NCBI GenBank assembly: GCA_032718475.1
Contig: JAUCBJ010002960.1
Coordinates: forward strand, 1-36,556
Reading direction: 5' to 3'
Length of the DNA stretch: 36,556 nucleotides
From: Nemertoderma westbladi
Taxonomy: Eukaryota > Animalia > Xenacoelomorpha
Within the stretch, counting starts at the first letter, position 1; every line of letters begins with the position of its first letter. Shown here piece by piece: positions 25,638-36,556 of this stretch. A program made the position numbers and the translations under genes. The notes under the pieces were generated by a model. It saw only the letters and a program-made list of their open reading frames with translations, was not told where the DNA came from and did not search any database.

Positions 25638-26225
25638 TTAAGATAAACTAAGAACATAACACAATAATAATGTAGTTTAAGTAGAATAAAAATTCAATAA
25701 TTTTTACACCGAAAAAAATATTCAAAAGATTTTACACCGGAAAAAATTCAATAAATTTTACACAACGAAAGTAATACACCCCAACGTTCCCGTATAGTTG
25801 AGGATGTACAAGAATTTATACAGACTGAAAGTAAAACATTTCTGGACGTCAAGTTCCGCCGAAATAGCGAACCTGCGACAAGTCCGATTGTCGTAAGTCG
25901 AAGTCCGAAGTCGTAAGTCCGATTGGATTTCTATTCAGCAATCTATGGTAATTGAACAGAAGAAAATATCTTTTGACTCCTAACCCGAACACAACACAAT
26001 ATCTCCAAGATGATTGGACAAGGGACTTTACACCAAAATGGTGATGAAAATCAGTTAATTCATATATTATGGGAGCGTGCTGCAGATACTATAAAAGTTT
26101 ATGACAGCAACAGTTTAAAACGTAAATCGATACAGACCGCCCTAATTCAAATGTTTTATTACAATATTCTAACATTTTAAGTTTATTACTTTAATTTTTA
26201 TATTCTTATAAAAATGAAGCGCGCT

Positions 26226-26252
26226 CACGCCCACGCCCACGCCCAATCCAAT
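26226..26252 (+). promoter_or_regulatory. Possible promoter elements (3x CACGCCC Sp/KLF-type boxes, 2x CCAAT) upstream of PI4K2
   Basis: CACGCCCACGCCCACGCCCAATCCAAT about 520 bp upstream of the first coding exon; motif match only. Confidence 0.25.
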
Positions 26253-26766
26253 GCTCTTAATTAGACTGGGTTAATTTACGGTTGTTGTTATCACAAATAG
26301 GCAATTATTAATAATTCTCGGAGATGAAAGGCTGACCTTCCACAGTAAACCCTTCCACTCCGTTTCCGAAAGGAATGCCTGTTCAAGTAGTACGCGAGGT
26401 CAAAAGTGTTTAATTAGATGACAGATGGTGATAAAAAGTTTAAATTAAGGTTAAAAAGTTTAAAAATTAAAAGTAAAAAAGAGTGAAAAGTTAAGATTTT
26501 AGACAGGCCCCTATAACACAACAGTATGCCTACATATTGTTCTGGCCATCAGGCAGTCCAGCTCCAGCAGTCTAGGTCTAGCCATTCTGCCAATTCGCAA
26601 TTAGTTCCAACCAGGCCATGGTTCCAAGTTCTGGTGTTCAGTAGGTACAGCAGTACATAGGTCTGTAGGTGAGTTCAGTTGCATATTGGGATCACATCGA
26701 TATAACGCTGTACCTGTAGGCCTACCGGTGATTTCATTTATTTATGTTGACAATCATCTTCATCAG

Positions 26767-27129
26767 ATGTCCGGGGATATCGACCACATAACCTCGTATG
26801 ACAAATCTCATCCGGGCAATGTTGTAGAGCAGTTACAATCGGTTCCGGAAGTGGCCGTGCGCAGTGGACCCAGTGGGACTGTGACGTCATTCCACAGCGA
26901 GTACCCGCTCAGTTCCGGTAGACTAAGCGACGAAAACTCACCCCTACTGATCGGCGAATACCGCGGTATGTCTGTCTCCGACGTGGACTGCACCACAAAC
27001 TACTTCTCCGATGATATGGACTTTACGGCGGTTATAAGCGAGGCTGATCGAGCAATCGAGAATGGAGTTTATCCAGAGAGAATATATCAAGGGTCCAGTG
27101 GAAGTTACTTTGTTAAAAACTCTGAGGGG
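26767..27129 (+). CDS. PI4K2: Phosphatidylinositol 4-kinase type II, coding exon 1
   Basis: cag|ATG start; contains an acidic dileucine motif ENSPLL and AIENGVYPERIYQGSSGSYFVKN (type II PI4K P-loop); ends GGG|gttagt. An upstream exon cannot be excluded. Confidence 0.88.
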
Positions 27130-27766
27130 GTTAGTTAATGTTGGGTTATCTCTATCTGCCTTAAACCAGTAAACCTCCAGACTAGACCTGTCAATCTTAT
27201 CCCAAAGCCGCCTGCCAGGCAGACAGTCTACAATATTTGTGAAATATTCCTCCAACGGCAGCACGGTCTGCAGTACAGTAAATAATTGAAAAGGTCCGGA
27301 CTTATTTTCCCTCTTTATCAGTTTATAGATATTTGAGTGGCAGAGTGGTGCATATCCGCATCCGGCTGTCCGGCATACCCATCCGAACGGCTGGATATGC
27401 CGGATATTTTTGTTATTATTATCAATAAGATACATATTGACGGTCAAGAGTACGAAATACTACGTGTTTTATAATCCTTTCTTTTAGAAAAAGTAAATCA
27501 ATTATTGAACTACCATACTGCACTCCTAATCCATCACGCTCAATTAACCTGCACCGTACATAACTCATCAGACTTTGTGCATAACCACAGCACAAACGAA
27601 ATGTTTATTTTACTTCTTTACATTGAATTTTATTACGGCATTTTTGTTAACAACGGCGGGGATGCGGGTGGCTGTGGCGTGGCGGCCAGACGGCAACAAA
27701 TAATACCGAATTGAATAATCGACCGAGACCTCAGCCATTTTTTATTCATTGTATCAAAGTTTGTAA

Positions 27767-28036
<270 letters not shown>

Positions 28037-28351
28037 TGACGGTAATACCGAGTGTCTCTAATCAAACATGTACACAATATCTACAGCTACACACACTGTT
28101 GGTACAATATATGAATATGAATATAAATTTAATATTTGTTTTTTTCATTTCTCTCACCCCCTCATCAGTTGTACCGGTGTACCCGTAAAAATATTACTGA
28201 TGCAAGAAAAACAAAATGCGAGACAATAAAAAATATTTTGTGCGGAAACGACCTGACCATAATAAATTATAATACAATATATGGTGGAGTTTCCGCTGTA
28301 AAGATTACTAATTGAATTGTCTTGCATATTAAAGGTAATAAAGGAATCTAA

Positions 28352-28528
<177 letters not shown>

Positions 28529-29046
28529 TAGACATGGGAGGTCATATTCAACTCCAATAACATCCGTAAATTATTATCACGAGAACAATTTTCGTTAGCA
28601 AAACTTTTATAAAATTTCGTCAAGGTTAATTATTGATTAGAGTATTGCGTTTAGAATTATTCTAGAATACATAATTAGGGTGACAATAATATATACGATC
28701 GGATGACTTATTTTATATAACTTTTTAGGAATTTTTATAAAACTTTTAAGAATTTTTAAACCGTGCTTTAGTAAATGCAATTCTAATTTCCAGAATAGAT
28801 TTAAATAATAATTTGCCCTTAGTCTCACTCTTAATAAACTCCTGTGCAAAATGAAACAAGAAGCTACCAACAACAGCTGATATAACCGATACGTTAAAGG
28901 AATTACACTGGCACCCAATAGGATATAGACAAAACAGCTTTATTAACCTGGAAATCTATTAACCATCAGTCCCTTATCTCCCAGACTTATTGGTCCCCAA
29001 CTACAATGTTACCCGAATACATGTGGACTTTCTATTATAATAATGA

Positions 29047-29271
<225 letters not shown>

Positions 29272-29786
29272 TAGCCATATACATTATATCGGCCAAACCA
29301 CTACGACACATCTGCTGCATTTACTTTGCGATAAATACCCAATTCCTTTGCTTTATGAAGGCCGGTACGTCTTTCAGTAGACGACAAGTCACGTCTTTTA
29401 AGAAACCAACAGGGGCTGCATATAGCAGAACAGTCTCTATTATTATAATACCGGCAGACCCAGAAAGAACGCACCTGAAATTATTCTAACCACAACAATA
29501 AACTGGGATCAATAGAACTAGAACAGGTTACAGTTTTAGTTTTGTGAATCCGCTGTTATTTGCTTGGATTTTCCCTGGAGAGGGATGGATTTTGTCTGCG
29601 TCGGAACCCCCCCCCCCCCCCCCCCCCCCCCCATTTATTACGTCACCGTTTGGCGATTATCCCAGCTGTTTGTGTTATTGGTATTAGCAAAATAGGCCAA
29701 TATGAGCGGCATTTTAAGGTTTGTAACAACTTTTGCGTTTCTACATCAGTCGATATAAAAACCATTTTATGATTAATTTCTTCCAG

Positions 29787-29948
29787 ATAGAGGCAATGAT
29801 AATTGGTTAATTAACCTGGAAGACCCTGACATAGACGATACATTGAGCGAACCTGGCTTCGCGTCAGTTAGTCAATCGGAAATCCGGGTTGCTGCGATAG
29901 ATAACGGTCTCGCATTCCCGTTCAAACACCCAGATTCATGGCGAGCTT
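29787..29948 (+). CDS. PI4K2: PI4K type II, coding exon 5
   Basis: ttccag acceptor; (D)RGNDNWLI...[22 protein letters not shown] with the catalytic DRxxxN and IDNG motifs; ends phase 1 T|gtaagt. Confidence 0.95.
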
Positions 29949-32106
29949 GTAAGTACCACAAATAGGGTGAATACGTATAGCTGTGACTGTAACCTGTAAG
30001 TACCACAAATAGGGTGAATACGTATAGCTGTGACTGTAACCTGTAAGTACCACAAATAGGGTGATACGTATAGCTGTGACTGTAACCTGTAAGTACCACA
30101 AATAGGGTGAATACGTATAGCTGTGACTGTAACCTGTAAGTACCACAAATAGGGTGAATACGTATAGCTGTGACTGTAACCTGTAAGTACCACTAATAGG
30201 GTGAATACGTATAGCTGTGACTGTAACCTGTAAGTACCACAAATAGGGTGAATACGTATAGCTGTGACTGTAACCTGTAAGTACCACAAATAGGGTGAAT
30301 ACGTATAGCTGTGACTGTAACCTGTAAGTACCACAAATAGGGTGAATACGTATAGCTGTGACTGTAACCTGTAAGTACCACAAATAGGGTGAATACGTAT
30401 AGCTGTGACTGTAACCTGTAAGTACCACAAATAAGGTGAATACGTATAGCTGTGACTGTAACCTGTAAGTACCACAAATAGGGTGAATACGTATACCTGT
30501 GACTGTAACCTGTAAGTACCACAAATAGGGTGAATACGTATAGCTGTGACTGTAACCTGTAAGTACCACTAATAGGGTGAATACGTATAGCTGTGACTGT
30601 AACCTGTAAGTACCACAAATAGGGTGAATACGTATAGCTGTGACTGTAACCTGTAAGTACCACAAATAGGGTGAATACGTATAGCTGTGACTGTAACCTG
30701 TAAGTACCACAAATAGGGTGAATACGTATAGCTGTGACTGTAACCTGTAAGTACCACAAATAGGGTGAAGACGTATACCTGTGACTGTAACCTGTAAGTA
30801 CCACTAATAGGGTGAATACGTATAGCTGTGACTGTAACCTGTAAGTACCACAAATAGGGTGAATACGTATAGCTGTGACTGTAACCTGTAAGTACCACAA
30901 ATAGGGTGATACGTATAGCTGTGACTGTAACCTGTAAGTACCACAAATAGGGTGAATACGTATAGCTGTGACTGTAACCTGTAAGTACCACAAATAGGGT
31001 GAATACGTATAGCTGTGACTGTAACCTGTAAGTACCACAAATAGGGTGAATACGTATAGCTGTGACTGTAACCTGTAAGTACCACTAATAGGGTGAATAC
31101 GTATAGCTGTGACTGTAACCTGTAAGTACCACAAATATGGTGAATACGTATAGCTGTGACTGTAACCTGTAAGTACCACTAATAGGGTGAATACGTATAG
31201 CTGTGACTGTAACCTGTAAGTACCACAAATAGGGTGAATACATATAGCTGTGACTGTAACCTGTAAGTACCACAAATAGGGTGAATACGTATAGCTGTGA
31301 CTGTAACCTGTAAGTACCACAAATAAGGTGAATACGTATAGCTGTGACTGTAACCTGTAAGTACCACAAATAGGGTGAATACGTATAGCTGTGACTGTAA
31401 CCTGTAAGTACCACAAATAGGGTGAATACGTATAGCTGTGACTGTAACCTGTAAGTACCACAAATATGGTGAATACGTATAGCTGTGACTGTAACCTGTA
31501 AGTACCACAAATAGGGTGAATACGTATAGCTGTGACTGTAACCTGTAAGTACCACAAATAGGGTGAATACGTATAGCTGTGACTAACCTGTAAGTACCAC
31601 AAATAGGGTGAATACGTATAGCTGTTACTGTAACCTGTAAGTACCACAAATAGGGTGAATACGTATAGCTGTGACTGTAACCAGTAAGTACCACAAATAC
31701 GGTGAATACGTATAGCTGTGACTGTAACCAGTAAGTACCACAAATAGGGTGAATACGTATAGCTGTGACTGTAACCTGTAAGTACCACAAATAGGGTGAA
31801 TACGTATAGCTGTTACTGTAACCTGTAAGTACCACAAATATGGTGAATACGTATAGCTGTGACTGTAACCTGTAAGTACCACAAATAGGGTGAATACGTA
31901 TAGCTGCGACTGTAACCTGTAAGTACCACAAATAGGGTGAATACGTATAGCTGTGACTGTAACCTGTAAGTACCACAAATAGGGTGAAGACGTATACCTG
32001 TGACTGTAACCTGTAAGTACCACTAATAGGGTGAATACGTATAGCTGTGACTGTAACCTGTAAGTACCACAAATAGGGTGAATACGTATAGCTGTGACTG
32101 TAACCT
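29949..32106. repeat. 47-bp intronic tandem repeat, ~46 copies, starting at a PI4K2 5' splice site
   Basis: Unit GTAAGTACCACAAATAGGGTGAATACGTATAGCTGTGACTGTAACCT, highly homogeneous. Confidence 0.97.
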
Positions 32107-32913
32107 GTAACCTGTGAACAATCTACATATTTGACTAGACAATTTTGTTATGTCCTTATGTCATATTTTATCGACCCCCACACACCCCATATGTCACATT
32201 TGGCCACCCCCTCCCTTGTGTTACGTCATTAAGGATAGACCCTTATTTGATGCATACTATGCAATTAATTAATTATACTTTATATTTTATTCGAAAATTA
32301 CAAAAAAATGCGATCGAAAATCGTCGCCTAAGTACCGGTACCTACTGTAAAGGCCCTTCTGCATTTTTGTCATTTTACAGGAGAAGCAAAAGAACTGTTA
32401 AAACTGGTAATACTAATAGGATTATCTTACTTTAAATTATTTTTAACGATGAAATATTTGCTCTAGAAATGCAAAGATAATATAAAATAAGTAGTTATTA
32501 TTTTTGATTCCGTAGTTTAATTTTAATTTAATTCCGTTTAATTCCCTTTTTAAACATCAATTTTTTGTTGACGTCGATGGCTCTTTATTTTTGAATCGTA
32601 ATGGAATTTGGGCATCTTTTACTGTACCCAGTATTGGAAAACACTACATAAATGGTATACAATGGATTTAGGGCGTTGTGCAAAATTATGAAAACCAATT
32701 GAGGTGAGGTCTAGGTTAGTTGAGGTAAGGTCTAGGTTGAGGTTAGGAGTGACCCATTTTTAAATGGGTTATACATTTGATTTAAGGCCTTTTACAAAAA
32801 TTTGGGGAACCAATTGGATTTAGGTCTTATAATTTAAACAGCCATAATCTCTAATTTGATTGGTTGAAACTTTTAAAGAATGATTCAATATTAACAAATC
32901 AAATAATGTTGAA

Positions 32914-34203
32914 CTAAATATCAAGAATAACGAATACATCACATCTACCCTGTTTATCATCGTGTACCTGCATTGCGGAGTAAGTTATGGCCTTTACTTC
33001 GGTTCCCTGTGAATGTCTCGATAAGTCCATCGGCTCTCCGAAACAAACAACATCCAGTCCCAATTGGTTTCCATCCCGGTAATCCGTTATTTCGACTCGT
33101 TTAGCTATGAAACATTCGTTCTCCCCACAGATCCCCAGCAACTCGTTTAGGAAGTAGTACAGTAAGTTGAGTTTATCGTTCGCTGTTACTGTGAAATCGA
33201 AAGATCGGACTTCGTCAACCAATCCGATGTCCGTCATGTAACTAAACATCGCGATCGCACTGCGTTCGAACGCCGCCGGAAGGTCTACCCCCCACGCATG
33301 GATCTGTATGTCGGCTGTGTGGTCCAGATAGGCAAACCCTGTAGTCTCGTTACCATGGGTATCGCGAACGCCTTCATCGCTAGACCCTGAGTCTTCTTCG
33401 TGTGAGTCGTAGTAAAGATGGCGACCTTTAGAGTCCGTTGTGGAGAAGTCGGCCAATGGGGAGGCGCGATTGGGGTCCATATGGTCTACCATTGGACTCG
33501 GACTGCGTGGAGGGTAAACATTAGACTGTTCTCTGAGTTCATTGGGACTGTATGATAGGCTGTCTAATTCAGTTACTTTGCAAACATTATTATCAGTTGA
33601 TTGGTCATCACCAGCTGGTTGGTCAGCTGTTTCCGCTAGGCCCCAAACATTATCAGTTGATTGGTCAGCTGTTTCCGCTATACCCCAAACATTATCATTT
33701 GATTGGTAAGCAGTTTCCGCTATACCCCAAACATTATCATTTGATTGGTCAGCTGTTCCCGATGTGCCCCAAACATTATCAGTTGATTGTCCAGCTGTTT
33801 CCGCTATTCCCCAAACATTATCATTTGATTGGTCAGCTGTGCCCCAAACATTATCATTTGATTGGTCAGCTGTTCCCGCTATGCCCCAAACATTATCACT
33901 TGATTGGTCAGCTGTTCCCGCTATGCCCCAAACATTATCACTTGATTGGTCAGCTGTTCCCGCTATGCCCCAAGCATTATCAGTTGATTGGTCAGTTGTT
34001 TCTGCTGCTACCAACATACTTGATTCAGAGTGGCCAATTTGTTCGGGAACATTTCGAGTGTGTTCGCTTGATTGGTCGAAGTAATCTTCTCTATTCCGTG
34101 TATCTCTTGGAGATCTTGATCTCGACCTCTTGTAGAGTGTTCCAATAGAGCCGTTATTCTCGAGTTCCTCTAGAACCGTTGCTGTATCATGCTCTTCCTC
34201 CAT
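32914..34203 (-). CDS. ZBTB8OS: Archease (RtcB tRNA-ligase cofactor) with a ~288-aa acidic, WG-repeat N-terminal extension; intronless, nested in a PI4K2 intron
   Basis: C-terminal ~141 aa read AYLDHTADIQIHAWG...AFERSAIAMFSYMTD...QGTEVKAITYSAMQV...VFVILDI*, carrying the archease DHTAD, EVKAITY and terminal DI signatures. The whole 429-codon frame is uninterrupted. The start codon is less certain than the domain call. Confidence 0.9.
   Translation of the reverse strand: MEEEHDTATVLEELENNGSIGTLYKRSRSRSPRDTRNREDYFDQSSEHTRNVPEQIGHSESSMLVAAETTDQSTDNAWGIAGTADQSSDNVWGIAGTADQSSDNVWGIAGTADQSNDNVWGTADQSNDNVWGIAETAGQSTDNVWGTSGTADQSNDNVWGIAETAYQSNDNVWGIAETADQSTDNVWGLAETADQPAGDDQSTDNNVCKVTELDSLSYSPNELREQSNVYPPRSPSPMVDHMDPNRASPLADFSTTDSKGRHLYYDSHEEDSGSSDEGVRDTHGNETTGFAYLDHTADIQIHAWGVDLPAAFERSAIAMFSYMTDIGLVDEVRSFDFTVTANDKLNLLYYFLNELLGICGENECFIAKRVEITDYRDGNQLGLDVVCFGEPMDLSRHSQGTEVKAITYSAMQVHDDKQGRCDVFVILDI
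33619..34002 (-). repeat. Coding 42-bp (14-aa) tandem repeat, ~9 copies
   Basis: Peptide unit IA(G/E)TADQS(S/N/T)DNVWG; one unit is shortened by 9 bp, keeping frame. Confidence 0.93.
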
Positions 34204-34872
34204 CGTAATAATTTATTATATTATATATATATAATTCCCCGCGGGTGTAAATCTAAACATCAATACACGTGCGGTTACGTTCGTATAATCTAAAATATCT
34301 AGATGCAGTAATGCGTTAAACAATTTAACAAATAAAACAAAACCTGAACACTGACATGAGATGTTGTTAGGTATTAGATGTTGGCTTACACAAACTGTTA
34401 CATAATCTGCATTAAATTATTGGTAAGATTATTCAGATAGGCCTACACGACGTTGGAACTGTGGGCATTAAACCTACAGTTTTAGTACTACAGTAATTCT
34501 CCGACAATTTAATAGTTCTTTACGATTTAATACGACGTGCAGAAGCACAGGAACGGATCGATGGAAATGCTGATTTTCTCCCTACTCAGCTGTAACCAAA
34601 GTTCAGACATCGTGGATCATTTAAATCCATTTTGCACGTAAAAATGACCATTATTAACTTAAATTAATTGTACATCTAATTAAATTGTTATTCCGAAGTA
34701 AAAATTAAGAAAATAACCTATTAGGTATATGTATTTATTGAAACTCAAAACCGGCTGGTTGACCTAGAAGTTGTATGGTTTTGATCTGCCATCCCTCATC
34801 ATATCGTTATCACATAAAGTTATTTTAGTTCGTATTTCAGTTACATTGTTATTAATTTTATGTTTCCCCCAG

Positions 34873-35063
34873 ATCCCTACCATTGGGCATGGCTTTCCTT
34901 CGCCAAAGAACCCTTCCTCGACCAAATTAAAGAAATACTCTCCCCAATGTCAGACATGAACTTCGTAGAGGACCTTGTGCAGGAACTCAAAGATATGTTC
35001 AAACTGGATAAGGATTTCAGTCGTTCTCTGTTCGAGAAACAGATGTCTGTGATGAGGGGGCAG
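34873..35063 (+). CDS. PI4K2: PI4K type II, coding exon 6
   Basis: ttcccccag acceptor; phase 1 completes TAT; (Y)PYHWAWLSFAKEPF...LFEKQMSVMRGQ|gttagt. Confidence 0.95.
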
Positions 35064-35222
35064 GTTAGTTACAACATCAAAACATTCACCTTATGTAAGA
35101 TAACTTAGCAGCAGATAATACAATAATTTTATACAATACTTTAATTATACCGTACCGTTATATATTGTATTATGATATATCCATGGTATAATAATTTAAT
35201 ATATTATAATTTAATATTATAG

Positions 35223-35408
<186 letters not shown>

Positions 35409-36556
35409 ATGAACTGTTTCTATATTACTTGGTGCTGATGTTTATGACCTTAATCTTAATTGACCTTTCGTTCAAATAATTCAATCAACAATGTTTGATG
35501 GTGGCAAATGTCTGGCAATATTTAGTACTTGGGATGGGCTGTTCATAATTTTGTAAATGTTCATCATACTTAGTAATATTAGAGACATTTTGGTTTGCGG
35601 TAGTAAATGTGCGATCAGTAATTCAATAATATTTTGTGGTAAATAAGAGTCTATTGTCCGCCAAATATAGCGATCTAAAAGTTTGCCCATCCCTATTCCT
35701 ATATCACAGAAGACGGATTTGTTTCATTCAATCTCTTAAACAGAACATTAGAGGAGGTTATTTATTGTTTCTACACTTAAGTTTTCATTAATAGATTGTA
35801 CATTTAGTTCTTTATTTATATAATGGAGTTAACTCTTAATAATTACTATTTTTCCTTAATTAGCTGTGCTATTTATTAATACGTACTTGGTTAATGTATA
35901 GTTAGATTTTGTAACATTATTAGGCCTAATTGCTGGCTGGTCCTACTCCCTAATAAATATTTTAGATTCTTTAAACATATAAGTGAAACATCGGAATAAT
36001 TGTATTGAGCGTTTCCTTGTAATAGCAAGTTTTCTCAAATCGCGTGTATAATATTCAATATTGATGGTATAACCTATGATTTTGTCTCACCATTAATACA
36101 CCTGTGCAGTAATTTACACGGGAAAGGAAACACAACGACCTTAGTTAACTAACGGGTATGGGGCATATGTCGAAAATAGTTTACTGAGCTATTTAACTAA
36201 TAAATAATTAACTAATCATTAATTAACTAATTAGTTAACCATCATCAACCAGTTAATGGAGTATTTTTGAGTTATTTGTTAACAGCTCGCCTTCCTAAAA
36301 ACTATTTATTTAAACTATAATAGTTTTGTTAACTAAATGTAAATAATATTCAGGTTGATACATGAACACTATCACATAAATATTTAGTTATTTAACTCGG
36401 AAAGCTACCGGTACGGTACATCCACGAGGATAAATATTAAACTTTGCAGCTAAATTTATTATTGGCCCGACGTTTGTTTATAGATGTTTACTCACTGTGG
36501 TTTATTGGTGTTCTAAGGATGTTCTGGGTTTATTATTCTTAATATAGAATAAAGTA

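Noticed and set aside
29560-29772. Poly-proline ORF
   Set aside because: Produced by an intronic poly-C run.
29872-32072. Long minus-strand ORFs up to 531 aa ([14 protein letters not shown]...)
   Set aside because: The 47-bp unit lacks stops on that strand, so all three frames are open; no unique coding sequence or ATG context.
33552-34148. Plus-strand ORFs over the 42-bp repeat
   Set aside because: Shadow frames of the archease-extension repeat; only the minus frame is continuous with a recognisable domain.

Overview
Eukaryotic (animal-like, AT-rich, GT-AG introns) genomic DNA; about 55% of it is tandem repeat. Four protein-coding genes are supported. (1) The last two exons of a prolyl 3-hydroxylase (leprecan/P3H family) gene on +. 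Its terminal exon runs into a ~15.8-kb, 49-bp satellite with nested higher-order duplications. (2) A two-exon RFC3 gene on -. (3) A seven-coding-exon type II phosphatidylinositol 4-kinase gene on +. (4) An intronless archease gene nested antisense in a PI4K2 intron, with an atypical ~288-aa N-terminal extension carrying nine regularly spaced WG motifs (Argonaute-hook-like). Two unrelated intronic minisatellites (51 bp in RFC3, 47 bp in PI4K2) begin exactly at a 5' splice site, so each unit recreates a GTAAGT donor. Also present: a TIR-bounded non-autonomous DNA element containing a 41-bp satellite, two MITEs, and many TA-flanked short motifs resembling transposon excision footprints. Gene calls come from recognised motifs and hand-read splice sites, not database searches; the organism cannot be identified.
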